Below the pieces are notes generated by a model, which did not search any database, was not told the origin of the DNA, and saw only the letters and a list, made by a program, of their open reading frames with translations. Below, piece by piece: positions 30,101 to 43,000 of a stretch of 64,000 bases of DNA; the first letter of the stretch is position 1; each line of letters starts with the position of its first letter. This DNA is from Balanoglossus misakiensis (Eukaryota > Animalia > Hemichordata): positions 3,105,124 to 3,169,123 of the forward strand of contig CM082586.2 in the NCBI GenBank assembly GCA_040954595.2, given 5' to 3'. Made by a program: the position numbers and the translations under genes.

Positions 30101-31109
30101 AGGCTGAATATTTGATGACTTTTCGCGCACGTCAACTGCCGTTCGGGGGAACGCTCTCTGTGCATGGACTAAGTCTCATATAGTACATGTATTAATGTTT
30201 TTTTTTCCAGATCATATTGATTACATTGCTAGTTTCTGTGGTCACGACTGTGTTGGCATAGGTGGTGACTATGATGGAATCATATTGTGAGTATATGATG
30301 ATATCTTCCATTTATTACCACCTCAACTAAGGCAATTAGACTAGTTATGTGAGATGAGAAATAAATAAACATCGAATCAAGTTATGTTTAGTTTATTTTA
30401 CATGTATTTTCTGTCGATTTGATTTGGTGAAGTAAGATATTTTTAAAATGAATCATAATATAGGTAGTTTTCGACAGTAAAACCAGGTTCATTTTTGGAG
30501 TAAAAGCTACCAGCTGACAGAAATTAAAGGTCAACACATTCAGCAGCGCACACATCCGTTTATTATTGTCTAGTTTGCCGAAAGGACTAGAAGACGTGTC
30601 AACATACCCCTACTTGGTGGAGGAGATGATCAAACGAGGATGGAGCGATGAAAATATCGAAAAGCTAATTGGGTTGAATTTGGTTCGAGTTTTTAACCAA
30701 ACAGAAACGGTAAGTCTGTTTGTTTGCGTCAGTCTGTGTATCCCGTGCGAGTGATGGGATCCATGTCAGTGGACTCTGAATCATCGACAGCTTATATTAG
30801 TAAATTTCCATTATACTGTAGCGGTTGTGTCATCGTCGTATATGAACCACGGCCTCTTCACGGCAACAGTTTCTTCTTTTCGCACGTGGAGCGCAAATAG
30901 ACGGCTTTGCATGAAAGTTTTGTCTTTGATTTTCGCAGGTGCGAGACAACATGAGGGGCGTCTTTGCGTACCAGGACTTCATACCGAGAGGGGACAGTGT
31001 TGATGAATACAACAACACCTGTAGGACACACAGTCAAACCTGGCCGTCCTATCCACCCGAGGATTACACATCGCAACACTCGAACGATATTCCCATCATG
31101 TGCGATTGA
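27178..31109 (+). CDS. Membrane dipeptidase (peptidase M19, DPEP1-like), ~10 coding exons
   Basis: VPLVDG|[18 protein letters not shown]|[85 protein letters not shown]; stop at 31107-31109. Confidence 0.93.
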
Positions 31110-31530
31110 TGATACATGTTCACGTCAAGTGCGGAGCATACATTTTCTATATTATAACCGAACTTGGAGAATAAATGTATTGGTGATGAGAGAGAAAAAC
31201 TGGTCTCATGCAGGTTGAGATGATGAACAAATATGCAAAGATAGCAAAATCTTTATTTTATAACCTGTACAGAAAAGAGAATGCTACAAACAAGGGAGTG
31301 AAAGACATGATCAAGAAAAGCGCCCTGTTTCAGGCTAGGATAATCACAGCAAGATGTTATATACTGTTATGTTTTGCTTTAAATTTAACGGTCTGGGAAA
31401 GCATATGAATAAAATGTATGAATCCACAGTACAACAAATGGGAAAATATACTACATGTTTGTTCAGTGAGTGCCTACACAGAATGATGGCAAGTCATGTC
31501 CCCATCATGCAACCACCATGGCACTCATTT

Positions 31531-32988
31531 TCATCTTCTGTCATCTGCTTGTTGTCTGAAATAAGACAAAGCATCGTCAAGCTGGAATGCTGCCATGTTA
31601 GGAACTGCTTGCTGCTGATTAGGCGGGTGCTGTGAGCGAGTATGATTCTCTGGATACTGTTCTGTTGCAGAAGACACTGGACCTGATCCAGCAGATGCTC
31701 GAATGTCACGCATTGGTTGGTCCACATCTGGATATGAGGTAGTACTTGTGTGTGTGCTCGCAAATTTTGAATTCGCCATCCCCTGTGTACTACTGCCACT
31801 ACTCCAATCTTGCATTTTGTCAATTCTTGTGCTTTGGGACTGGCCAATATTTATTGATTTTCTGAACTTCGCGTTCTCATTCCTTCGAGGCATTGAGGCT
31901 TTGTCACCGAAATATTCCACTGGGGGTGCAAATTCTGCGAGACGCTGGTCTCTCAGATCATCATACATTTTCGTGGGCTGTTTCTTGTCTACGGAGACTT
32001 TGCCTTTGTCCCACGGTCTCAAGGACGCACTCGTTTCAATAGTCTCGTCTCTTTTCAACGGTTCGACAGGTATGACAGGTTCCTTCTTGGTCTCCTCGAT
32101 CACGTCACTCAGAACATTCCCTCTCAATTTCTTCCTCTGTTTGACTTTCTCAAGCCGCGCTTGCACGGCTGCTTTGCGTTTCTCTTTCAGCTTCTCCCGG
32201 CGCACTCTCTGGTCGACCGTCTCGTCCCGGAGCATCTCCAACTGCTCGAGCTGCTTCTGTCGCTCGGAGCCCTCTCTTGAGAACCCGTAGTAGCCCACGC
32301 CCAGGTTGCGGACTTCGTCGAATTTCACGTTCTGATAGTGCAGGGGGCCCACGGGTTTCTTCGCGGCCGCCTCCTCCTCTTCCTCCCACTTCTGCCGCAA
32401 CATTTCCCGCCTCATGTCTTCTGACAACAGGTCAGGTTCGTCGGGCGTGCTCGGCTTCGAAGACCCCTGCAATTCCCGGTCCATTTGCTTCAAGTGTTCC
32501 AAGTCTTTGCGCATGCATCTTCGGGATCTTCCCAGAGAGTCAACGTAATCCACCCACTCTTCATCTGGATTCGCCGCATCAGGCACGCTGTCCTCATCAA
32601 TATCATCCTCTTCACTGTCACGTCGCTGACTGTCTCCCTTGCCGATAATCTTCTGAGTAAAATCCACCATGTACAACTCATCATCTTCCGGTAGTAACTC
32701 GCCCTTGGACATTTTATCGTACATCGCAGCCTTCGCTTCCAGGACTGACCTGGACTTGTTCAAGTCTTTCTCTTCTTCATCCTTCCTCTCTTTGTCCTTC
32801 TGGTCTCTCTTTTCGACGCCACTGTTTTGTTTGTTCCAGATGCCTGGTTTCTTTGATGTTAATTTTGATCGGACAAAAGTCTGGTTCTCTAGCTTTTCTT
32901 TCTTGAATTGTTCTTGTTTTCTGAAGAGCTCTGCTTTCAGTCCGACAATAGATGATGCTGTAACACCAATTTTCTTCTTTGTGTTCAT
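31531..32988 (-). CDS. CCDC174: Coiled-coil domain-containing protein 174, single coding exon
   Basis: MNTKKKIGVTASSIVGLKAELFRKQEQF, LEAKAAMYDKM, YMVDF, EEWVDYVDSLGRSRRCMRKDL, LLSEDMRRE..RQKWEEEE, HYQNVKFDEVRNLGVGYYGFS. A 5' UTR intron probably spans about 33062-33255. Confidence 0.9.
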   Translation of the reverse strand: MNTKKKIGVTASSIVGLKAELFRKQEQFKKEKLENQTFVRSKLTSKKPGIWNKQNSGVEKRDQKDKERKDEEEKDLNKSRSVLEAKAAMYDKMSKGELLPEDDELYMVDFTQKIIGKGDSQRRDSEEDDIDEDSVPDAANPDEEWVDYVDSLGRSRRCMRKDLEHLKQMDRELQGSSKPSTPDEPDLLSEDMRREMLRQKWEEEEEAAAKKPVGPLHYQNVKFDEVRNLGVGYYGFSREGSERQKQLEQLEMLRDETVDQRVRREKLKEKRKAAVQARLEKVKQRKKLRGNVLSDVIEETKKEPVIPVEPLKRDETIETSASLRPWDKGKVSVDKKQPTKMYDDLRDQRLAEFAPPVEYFGDKASMPRRNENAKFRKSINIGQSQSTRIDKMQDWSSGSSTQGMANSKFASTHTSTTSYPDVDQPMRDIRASAGSGPVSSATEQYPENHTRSQHPPNQQQAVPNMAAFQLDDALSYFRQQADDRR

Positions 32989-34163
32989 CTTTACTTGACT
33001 TCTAGTCAAATGGAGAACTATTCAGTCTCACTATTCAACACGGCATACTTTTGAGCTATATCTGCGGAAAATGTTAAAATAATAACAGATGAACATCAGT
33101 CATTCAAACAACAGTCAAGGGTTGCGACATGTGTATATGGATTCGCGACGGCATTAATCGGTCGTGTGACGTGGTCATGTACATCGTTGGTTGATTTTGG
33201 GTCACATATGAGAAAAGTGTTGTGACTGAAACGTCCAAATCTCTTTTATACGTACCCGAGTTTGTCATGCAATATATTAGATGCGACGAAATCGACTAGA
33301 AGCTCTACCTCTTCCGGTGATGGAATCACGGAGGAAAGACTCAACCAACAAATAACGAACAGAAGTTGGCATCAGATTCGAAATCAGAGTTAAATCTTGG
33401 TAAATTGTTTAAAACATACACGAAATGTTTGGTTTTTCCCATTTTACCCCGTTTTAAAACATATTTTACAACTATTTACTCATTTAACATTAATCTGTGA
33501 CACTTTGCAGACACCAAATATTCCAATTTGAAAAGTCATCTTGAGAAAAAAAAAGTTTGGCCAATTTAGACACATTGACCATCGCAACATTCATCATTTT
33601 ACTGAGACAGCGTATTAATATGTGGTCACTGTGTGTGTACAGAATGGGATATCATATCTTTTCAGCAGAAATTTAATACATTATAGATTCTCCGATAAAT
33701 ATATTCACGCACTGTGTCTCATTCATGTGCATGTATCAGTATCTAAAACCGTAATCGGAATCGAGGTCATCCGAATCTTATTCCGATTCGGCGGCATTCG
33801 ACGGGCAAGGTCCTGTCTGTCGAGGTCGTTCGATATGTAACAACCATAATAATGACAGTCTTCCCGAATCACGAACGTCATGCTAATCAACGCTCGGCTC
33901 ATTAATGATATAATGACCTCAAGCATCTTTCAAGAAAACACGTATATTGGACAAGGAGTGTGTCGCGACAGAGTTGATGAAAATCTCCCCGCACGTCAAA
34001 CTTCAGAGTCTGAATTCATTGTCAGATTTTAAGGTAAACATATTCGTCCTTGACCTAGATGTCATGAGTACTTAGGACACTTTGGCTGGGTATGTCTTTT
34101 ATTTTAATACCCGTTGCTCTTTTTAAATACTGCTAGACATGTCTATGTCATCAGGTGTCGGAT

Positions 34164-34392
34164 TTCTTGGAAACAGGAAGAATTCGTAGAAAAATATCAC
34201 TTGATTGGGCCAGCTGACGCATGTGACGTCGGGCTGCCATCGGACCACGGTCCACCGTGACGTCACGACCTTGTGGATTGTATTAATGGACTGTGTTATA
34301 CATAAATGATTTAACCAGTACTAATAAAACTAAATGCATCGATATGTAGACGTGACAGTAGAAACCGCAATAGTTGGAATATATCACGTGAT
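34164..34392. promoter_or_regulatory. Motif cluster upstream of the ankyrin/SOCS-box ORF (tandem GAS/STAT-like sites, CCAAT, CRE, E-box)
   Basis: TTCTTGGAA 34164-34172, TTCGTAGAA 34183-34191, ATTGG at about 34204, palindromic CGTGACGTCACG 34256-34267, TCACGTGA at about 34384. Confidence 0.4.
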
Positions 34393-34693
34393 TAGTTTAG
34401 ACCATAGACAGTAAGGATATACACAGTAGCTTGTGTTATAAAGTTTAAAAGGAGGTTTACTGTTAATTATCATTGATTTTGGGTCTTGCCATGAATCAGT
34501 ATCAGTCCAAAGAATCTGCAGACAAATGTTTAATTATATCTGTTTGTAAAGAGTTGACTGTTCTCGCATCATTATTATAGGCTATAGCATGATTGTTTGA
34601 GAATAATATCACAAGCCATGCATGCTCCTTGACTGATCTTTCCCTTTTGTTAATCACAGTGCATTCATGACAGTGGAATAGAGCGGACTCAGA

Positions 34694-36028
34694 ATGGAGG
34701 TTGGAGACGTAGAGACAAATGATTTCAGCCCGGCCGTACTCCTACAGAGACAAGTGTTCACCATCTGCAAAGAAGATGAAATCGAGAGGCTCGAAGCGCT
34801 CATTAATGACGGAACCATCTCGGCCAGTTTGAAAATCCAGGTGCGCAACCGCAGCTGCTTCTCCTGCATCCACGAGGAGAACGAACCCAACGCTGTTGTC
34901 GTGACGCCGCTCCACATCGCCGCCGCCTGGGGCAGCTGGCAGTGTATTCAGTTGCTGCTAAATCACAACGCCCAGGTGAACTTCCACCCCGACGACTCGA
35001 GTTTCTACGACTACCAGCCGCTCTACTTGGCCGTCAGTAACGCGTACATGTACAACATGCTGCACAAGGACCTGAGGTACGTGAAGAGTGTCCGTCTCCT
35101 GCTGGAGGCGGGCGCGGTGGTTGAATACCCGGGCATCACCAGCGCTCGCGGATCTCTGCTCAACATGGTGGTCGGGTGGAACTTTGACGGGGAGATCGTG
35201 GAGTGCCTGATCAAATACGGCGCCAACATCAGACGGGCGGACGACCTCGAACGTACAGCTTTGCATTATGCAGCGATGTTCGACCGGGATGCCCAGCACC
35301 AGCATGTGCTGACGCTTTTGAAGTACGACCCTGACATTAACAAGCAGGACGTTCACGGCAACACAGCGCTATCATACGCGGCATTCAGATCTTCGGCGAA
35401 TGCGGTCCAGGCACTGTGTGAGAGAGGGGCAGACCCAAATATCCAGAGTTCAAAGGGCAACACCCCCTTGCACTACGCTTGTCGCCACGGCAAAACAGGC
35501 ATTATTCACTATCTGCTCGACCACGTCGGCAACATCAATATGACCAACCACGATGGCGACACGCCGCTGGATTTGGCCGTGAAGAACCTGTCCGTATTCG
35601 CCAAATGTCTAGATCTGGCCGAGCCGGATTCCAACCGCGTCCGGGCGGTGTACCACTCGTTCCAGAACGCCCTCAACCACGGAGCAGTCATGAAGAAATT
35701 CTGCGGGGCTACGCTGCAGGCTTGCCTGGTTCGGTCGCAGGCGACGTACCTAACAGACGTAGTAGCGCTCCTTGTCAACAGCGTCCCGTACATTGACCTT
35801 CGAAGCGTCGTCGTGCAGCTACCAACCGACATCTCGTACGATGCTGTCGACTTTTACGAATGCCTACTGACCCTCGGCGGTGAGCCGAGAAAGCTGCAAC
35901 ATCTCTGCCGCTGCAGTATTCGCAGCTATCTCGGGCGGCGGTCGTGTTTAGTTGTTCAGCAGCTACATCTTCCAGAACATCTCAAAACCTACATTTTACT
36001 CAATTACCCACAAAATTGTCTTTCCTAA
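34694..36028 (+). CDS. Ankyrin repeat and SOCS box (ASB-like) protein, single coding exon
   Basis: Ankyrin motifs TPLHIAA, TALHYAA, GNTALSYAA, GNTPLHYAC and GDTPLDLA; C-terminal SOCS box PRKLQHLCRCSIRSYLG...LHLPEHLKTYIL. Confidence 0.93.
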   Translation: MEVGDVETNDFSPAVLLQRQVFTICKEDEIERLEALINDGTISASLKIQVRNRSCFSCIHEENEPNAVVVTPLHIAAAWGSWQCIQLLLNHNAQVNFHPDDSSFYDYQPLYLAVSNAYMYNMLHKDLRYVKSVRLLLEAGAVVEYPGITSARGSLLNMVVGWNFDGEIVECLIKYGANIRRADDLERTALHYAAMFDRDAQHQHVLTLLKYDPDINKQDVHGNTALSYAAFRSSANAVQALCERGADPNIQSSKGNTPLHYACRHGKTGIIHYLLDHVGNINMTNHDGDTPLDLAVKNLSVFAKCLDLAEPDSNRVRAVYHSFQNALNHGAVMKKFCGATLQACLVRSQATYLTDVVALLVNSVPYIDLRSVVVQLPTDISYDAVDFYECLLTLGGEPRKLQHLCRCSIRSYLGRRSCLVVQQLHLPEHLKTYILLNYPQNCLS

Positions 36029-37051
36029 TGATAATTCCCCAACCAGATAACGGTCTAACTTGAAGACACTTTAAGCTATAAATCAGACTTTCTGGCCAAG
36101 AATCAAATTGGACTAGAATAGATGGATATACAATAATCAGATCTCATTTACGTGACTTTATTAAAAATATTTTGTTGTGGAAACCAATGTATAAATGTAT
36201 TTTAGTAGTACATGTATATATACAAAAAGTATTTGAGAGTTCATTCATTGACCTGTTACACCCTGACCTCTTGATGACCTATGATGTCACTCAGAAGTCC
36301 AGATGCAACATGTTGTCCAACTCTATAACTGTATCCCCAGGAGTATTATATCATGTGACTGTTTTTGTTTGTTTTGTAGCAATAGATTTGCTGTGATGTG
36401 ATGTTATGTGAAGCTCAAAGATATGTAACAAGTGTGCTTTTTTCAACTTTTCCACAGGAAGTAAAATTTTTAGCTTGTTTCTGATGATGTGTACAGTAAA
36501 GCAATTTTTGAACTTGCAGCCAGTATCATACTTTTGCCATAATGGCGAGGATACATTGATTAGCTGTCATCATTATGTTATTACTGCTGTATAAAAGGAG
36601 GGTTTTTAAAAACATTTTTTTTCTACCCCTCGTAAAGTTTTAATTCGGTCCATGATATGGACAGCACAATCATGAAAGTTAAAACAAAGAGCAGTTTATA
36701 GAGAGGCATTGTTTAAATATACGTGTATATCAGTGATGGATTCACAGCTGCATTAACAGTTTGGATGCATTCAAAACATACAAAAGAAAAGAAAAAAATC
36801 TACAAAAAAATATCAAACCAACCTTGCCAGTTTTTGAGAAGCATGTTCATGTGTTTTGCTTGGCTTTACTGAGCAGTATTTTGCTGCAAAATTGCTGCTT
36901 TGTACTGTGCAGGCTTCCAGTTTAATTTGAATAAAAATTATATCTGCTTTTAAATGAGTTTGATTATAGTTTTTACTGTATGTAAGTAAATATGACTCGG
37001 ACATCGACAAATCGTGATCGAAGAAAACAAAAGAATTCAACATTTTGCGAG

Positions 37052-37134
37052 GGCGCACGCGCACATGATACTATCGTTGATGGCGCTATAACTGTTTACC
37101 TGGCAACGCCTCTGTGACGTCTTTCCTTAGCGAC
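37052..37134 (+). promoter_or_regulatory. EFHC1 promoter with NRF1-like, X-box (RFX)-like and CRE-like motifs
   Basis: GCGCACGCGCA at about 37052, GTTTACCTGGCAAC 37094-37107, and TGACGTC at about 37116. RFX X-boxes are typical of ciliary genes. Confidence 0.55.
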
Positions 37135-37193
37135 CAACACAGACTGTAAGCAGTGTTTGCAGCGTTGGAGCAACAGTCGAAGCCCTTGTAGTC

Positions 37194-40100
37194 ATGGCGC
37201 TGCCATTTTTGCCTGGAAACACTTTTACAGATCCAACAGTAAGTTGCTTTTTCCACATCAGATCAGATATTGTGTCGTGCTTTGATTAGGGGCTGCCACG
37301 TATATTTCGTCTTGCTTTTTGAATACTCGTGCATTCGAATTTTCGATCTTGTCCATGGCAGCCATGTTGAACATCAAAACATTGATCGTTACTTTAGCAT
37401 GTACAAACTAACACCAATCCTCAACCCGGTATGAAATGGTATGTATCATGTAATGAAATCGTTGATATAAAATTTAAAAAGTGTGGTCATTCATCTTTTC
37501 GCACTCAGGTTTGCGTCAATTCATATTTTTGAAAGATGGTGTCAAAAGTAAAGCACCAACATTCACACGTATTGTTTTTGAATTGTTCTCCCCAACAGAA
37601 AAGCAAATTTCATCTAGCACACAGTTTAGATTACAAAAATGGTTACTCGCTCCCAGCAGCAAGACCAGAGGTCGGAATCGGAGGAGAACCACTGCCGGTG
37701 AACCAACTCAGTGAGTCTGAACTTGACGAGCTAGCCAATCTCAGACCAACACTGACCTATGGACAAGCCAAGCAGGCACCCCCAGAGGATTTCATTCCAG
37801 CTCATGTTGCTTTTGATAAGAAGGTAATGATATTGTTAAGTGCATTTGAAGATATTCATATTATCAGCATATAGTTTACTATGTTTAGAAAGAGCAGCCA
37901 CTTCATCTGAAATAACTGATGATATGTTTTTCCCCCTTCACTTTCAGGTTTTAAAATTTGATGCCTACTTCAGGCAAACTGTGCACGAGTCCCCAGACGA
38001 ATACTTTCGCATCCGTCCAGTCACCATCTACTACTACCTGGAAGATGACAGCATCTCCGTGGTTGAACCACATGTGGAGAACAGCGGGATGCCACAAGGC
38101 AAGCTGATCAAACGCCAGCGACTCCCGAAGAACGACCAAGGAGACCACTGGCACTGGAAGGACATGAACTTGGGAATCAATGTGACGTTCTACGGAAAAC
38201 TCTTCCGTGTGGTTGACTGTGACCATTTTACTAAGGTAACCTGAATTGCCATTGTCAGATCTTAACCCTTTCACCCCAGAGGTCCAACCTTACCATAGAA
38301 AAATAATGGATTTGGACTGAACCTTGGTTAAACACTATGGCATACAAAGACACCAAGAACTTGGGGTGAAAGAGTTAAACTTTAAAAGGTCGAGCAAGTC
38401 TTTCTGCATTGTTTTTTAGTGATCTATATGTACATTTCAAAGGTTGCAATGTCGGTTTCATTCAAAAGTTTGTTAATTTTTCTTTTTCACAAATTTATCT
38501 CAGGAATTCATGGCAAGTGAAGGTATAGACATGAACGGCCCCGAGGGGGTGCCCAAAGATCCCTACTCCAAAACACGTAAGGAGAAAGCAGCCCTGCGTA
38601 TGTACAACACACCGTCCACCTTCGACAAGCTCAAGCAGTTCCTGGAGCTCGACCGCAAGGTGTTGCGGTTCTACTGCGTGTGGGACGACCGAGACAGCAT
38701 GTTTGGCGAAATCCGTCCGTACGTCATGCAGTACTACCTGGTGGATGATACGGTGGAGGTGCGGGAGGTGCACGGACCCAATGACGGTCGCGACCCGTTC
38801 CCTCTTCTCTTACGCAGACAAAAACTGCCAAAGGACAGATACAATGTCGAATGTGAGTGTCTGGATTTTTGTTTTAAATTTGAACACTGGGAAGTTAAGT
38901 TGGGTGACCATGAGAGAGAAATATTAACCATGTGCACTAGTGCAGACTTTCCTAATATATTTGCATGATTTCTCGTTCTTTCAGCAGCTGACATTTTTAA
39001 CATGGCTGATCTCTTCCTCTCGTCTCCACACAGCTTCCTTCCCTTCAGTTGTAATGGAATTGTCCGACCATGAGATCAAGGACTGGTATACACCAAACGA
39101 CTTCAAACTGGGCAACACCATCTTCATCTACAACCGGCGCTTCCTGATCTACGACTGCGACGAGTTCACCAAGCAATATCTCAACCTCAAGTACGGCTTC
39201 ACCGACTTCACACCGATCGACGTCAAGGGAGATGGACGCGGCCAGCCCCAGTTGGACCTGCCTCCGTACAACGGTTTTGGCTCGCTGGAAGATTCTCTGC
39301 AGTCCTGTCTCTCTCTCATCCCGCAGCCGCCCAAGAAAGATTTCATCAAAATGTTAGAAAATGACCACAAAGTTCTCCGATTCTCAGCAATTATGGTATG
39401 TTTTCCCACATCAATAATCACTTATAAAATGTCAGAATCATGTGGATTTTTAATTTGCTGTACAGTTTATGTGGAGATGCAATAATCGTTTTTTTGAGTG
39501 AGATCATTCATGTGCTATACAGTCACATGATCTTTGATTTCCACAACCCCCCCCCCCCCTTTTCAGAAAGAGCACACAGTGACACACATGAATTCAAACT
39601 TCTTCCTGTAGGACTCGGTGCGGCCTGAGGACAAAGGTCGCCGCTTCATCATCAGCTATCGCCTGGCCGACGACATGATGATGATCTACGAGCCCCCCGT
39701 CCGCAACTCCGGTATCATCGGCGGGAAATTCCTGGAGAGGACAAGAGTGACCAAGCCCGGAAGCAAGGCGGGAAGTCCCGAGTTCTACGGCCCCCAGGAT
39801 ATGTACATCGGCGCTCGCATCGAGGTGTTCAATCACCGCTTCGTCATCATCGATGCCGACGACTTCGTCCTCTACTACCTGGAACAGCGCAGTTCCGACT
39901 TCCCGGGAAGTGAAAAGACGATAGCGTCGATCCGGGAGCTGAAGATGTCCCAGGCGGGAATGCCCACAGCGACGCCAGTCAAAGGCGCACCAATTGAGGT
40001 CAAAAGAACGTAAGTAAAAAGACACCCCCTAGTACAGTTGCATGACATGGTTTGATATCCCTTCTTTCCCTTCCTCCATGACAGTACCTAATAGTTACCA

Positions 40101-40832
40101 TCCTTTTTCATTACATTACATTGCCTTGCATTACATTACATCAGATTGCATGACAAAGATAAGTAGAAATCACTGCTCAAATGTCACCTACCCCATGCTG
40201 GCTTTTGAATACATTTGAGTTAAAAGTAGTGGTTGTAAAGTTAAACAATTACATGTTTTGTTTCCACGCCAACCCTGACTTTTGTCCACTTTTTTTGTCC
40301 ACACAGGCCAGGTGACATCGACAGACTGGTCAAAGAAGTCCAAGCCCAGCTGAGAAAAGCCAACTACTTGAACCACATGACACTGCATGATGCCTTCCTC
40401 AACTACGACAAAGACAGAGTTGGGAAAATTGACGTGGCTGGCCTGAAGAGTGTCTGCAAGAGGAATAACTTACCCATTGACGACGACATCATGGATGCTG
40501 TAAGTAGCATAGCTGTACACCCCTGTTTTCAAAATGGGCTAAGCCAAAGATGATTGTTTTTGACTGATTTACTATAGTTTATGGGTGTTTAGCTGAGGAT
40601 GAGGGGCTGCCACAGTAAATGTCAAGTCAAAAAGCAATGATATGCTTTTCTTGGTAATTCATGTCATATGTACTACAGTACTGCAAAACGGAGAGAATGC
40701 ATGTCTGATTTACCGTCTAATCTAACAATATCTTTCCTCTCACTTTCTCCGCAGCTTATTGTAGCGTGTGATCCAAACAACGAAGGGATGATTGATTATG
40801 ACGGATTCATCAAGTGTTTGAGCTGGGCGTAG
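37194..40832 (+). CDS. EFHC1: EF-hand domain-containing protein 1 (Rib72 / myoclonin-1; three DM10 domains plus EF-hand)
   Basis: [15 protein letters not shown]|[106 protein letters not shown], and a terminal EF-hand exon ending at TAG 40830-40832. Confidence 0.96.
38262..38378. mobile_element. piggyBac-type MITE copy (variant with internal rearrangement) in an EFHC1 intron
   Basis: TTAA-CCCTTTCACCCCAG...TTGGGGTGAAAGAG-TTAA; shares ACCATAGAAAA-AATGGATTTGGAC with the other copies. Confidence 0.72.
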
Positions 40833-43000
40833 AGTACCAACCCCTGCTAGCAGAAAAATGTATTTATGGACACTCTAGAGACTTTTGAGAGCAAAACACA
40901 CCCCAAAAAGACACATGGCCGTTCGACGTGACCGTTGAAATGAATATATTGGTAAAAAAAATTACCAAGCATGTACATAGACCGACTAGAATATTTCTGG
41001 GGGGGAAATAGGCCTAGTAGGGCAACAAAACACCGATATTTCAGCGTTTTTTAATCACATTACATGTATATTTTTCATTGCAAAAATGGCATCACAATAA
41101 ACTGTATCCTGATAGCTGAGCAGACTTTTCAGAGTTGTGGTTCATATGGTGTATTCTTATTGTAAATATGGTATCTTGTAGAATCCTTGCAGAGAGATTA
41201 TAGTGTGGTCATGGTTCTGACTGTATTTCATCAAAAAAATCCAACATTTTAGGAATAGAAACATATTACAGTAGTTATGAATTCATCACTGAAAAATATC
41301 CATGCTTATACAATTATTTTTTATGTGTTACTTATAAGTGTTAATAATTTTAAAACAATTTCAATAAAAACATTGATGTGAAATGCAAATAAAGTGTCTT
41401 CAAGTTATTCCCCACACACACACACACACAGGCAGCCACACACACAATGCACAAAAACAATATGCAACAACCTATATCACTTGTTTGACGTTTATTTTGT
41501 TCAAAATCTAAAAAAAATTAGATTTTGTGTCTCTACCACTCATAGATACATGTGATAAAATCTATAACTTTCATAAAAGCATATGACATGATTGAAAATA
41601 CAGTGACACAGGATATTTTTAATTAAAGAAATAACGGTGGTACACTTTTTGGGTGGGGACCATGGGAACCCTACATTCTTGTGTTTACCTCTTTCTTGAA
41701 ATGGAAGTTTGGCTTTCTTCTTCATCAGTGTGTTTTTCGAGATATTTTATGACATGGTAGAGTCACTTGGAATAGTGATAGTTTCATTTCAGTTCAATTC
41801 CATCTCTCTCTTGAATAAAAAGTTCTCACAAGACAACTTTCTCTATTTTACAAGTCTTTATAAAGTCATTTCTCTTCCTAGATTAATCAGACCAAGCAGT
41901 CTTTGTCAACAAATTGAAAAAAGAAGACGACAACATCACAACATCGTATTGCTCATGTCTGCTTTACGCATCTATATCAAAACTGGCAACAGTTGCCAGT
42001 AGATGACACTTATTTTCAGATTATGTTGAAGATAAAATATTGCTGTTCAACTATCCGATGCACATCATCATAATTTTTGTGTGTGACCTGATTCAAATAT
42101 TCTTATAATTTCATTATTTCTTATACATATGAGCTACTTACATGTCGTATTACATCCAATGTATAATGTACAACAAACATGTTAGATCTACGAAATTGCA
42201 AGCTATGGCCGGTCGGTGATAGTATGAGGTTATTTGAGTAGATAATACTGACATGACGAAATAACAACACAACAATGCTGATATGGCAGCAAAAAAATAT
42301 AAGTACATGTGCCTTTAAAAAATGTAAGTTTTGTGCCTTTACAAAATGTAAGGGATCAAGAAAGTGGGCAAGTGTTCCCTTTCCAAGAATATAGTGCAGT
42401 TCTTTGGCAGATCACCACCATAGAGGGCGCCTCGCGATCAAGGGTAATTGATCCTGTTATTTGGATTGCAAAAAATTCACTGGCAGTGTTCAAAGTATTC
42501 TACAGAAACTGTCTTCCAATGTTTTCCTCCTCTGTGAATTTCAACATGGTTACATTGAAGTATTAAACAAAACACGAATCAATTATTCCTGAATACAACA
42601 CATTCAATTCAGAGCTGATAATATTCAGCACTCACGGTTCTACACTAACTCTTCACCTCCATGGCACTGTAAAATGGAAGCAAAAACTCATTCATTTCCA
42701 TGTCAAGGCAAAGTGCAAGACTAGACATGTTGCTTGGTAATTTGCATAATGCATAATGCAACTCAGTGTAAATGAACAGAGCGACGAAATGAAAAAAACA
42801 ATCATTGTGATAAGAGTTGTGAAAAGTTCTGATTTTTTTTACAAAGTACATCTTGCTAAACAACCCACAGTACAGTTGAATAAATTTGCCGAATTGTGAT
42901 TATTTATATTCCTTCTTTGTATTTGAATGTCTGCTGCAAAAGTTTGCTAATAAGGAGGGTACTACTCTCACCCTGTTGCCAAGGTTACACACTAAAAACT

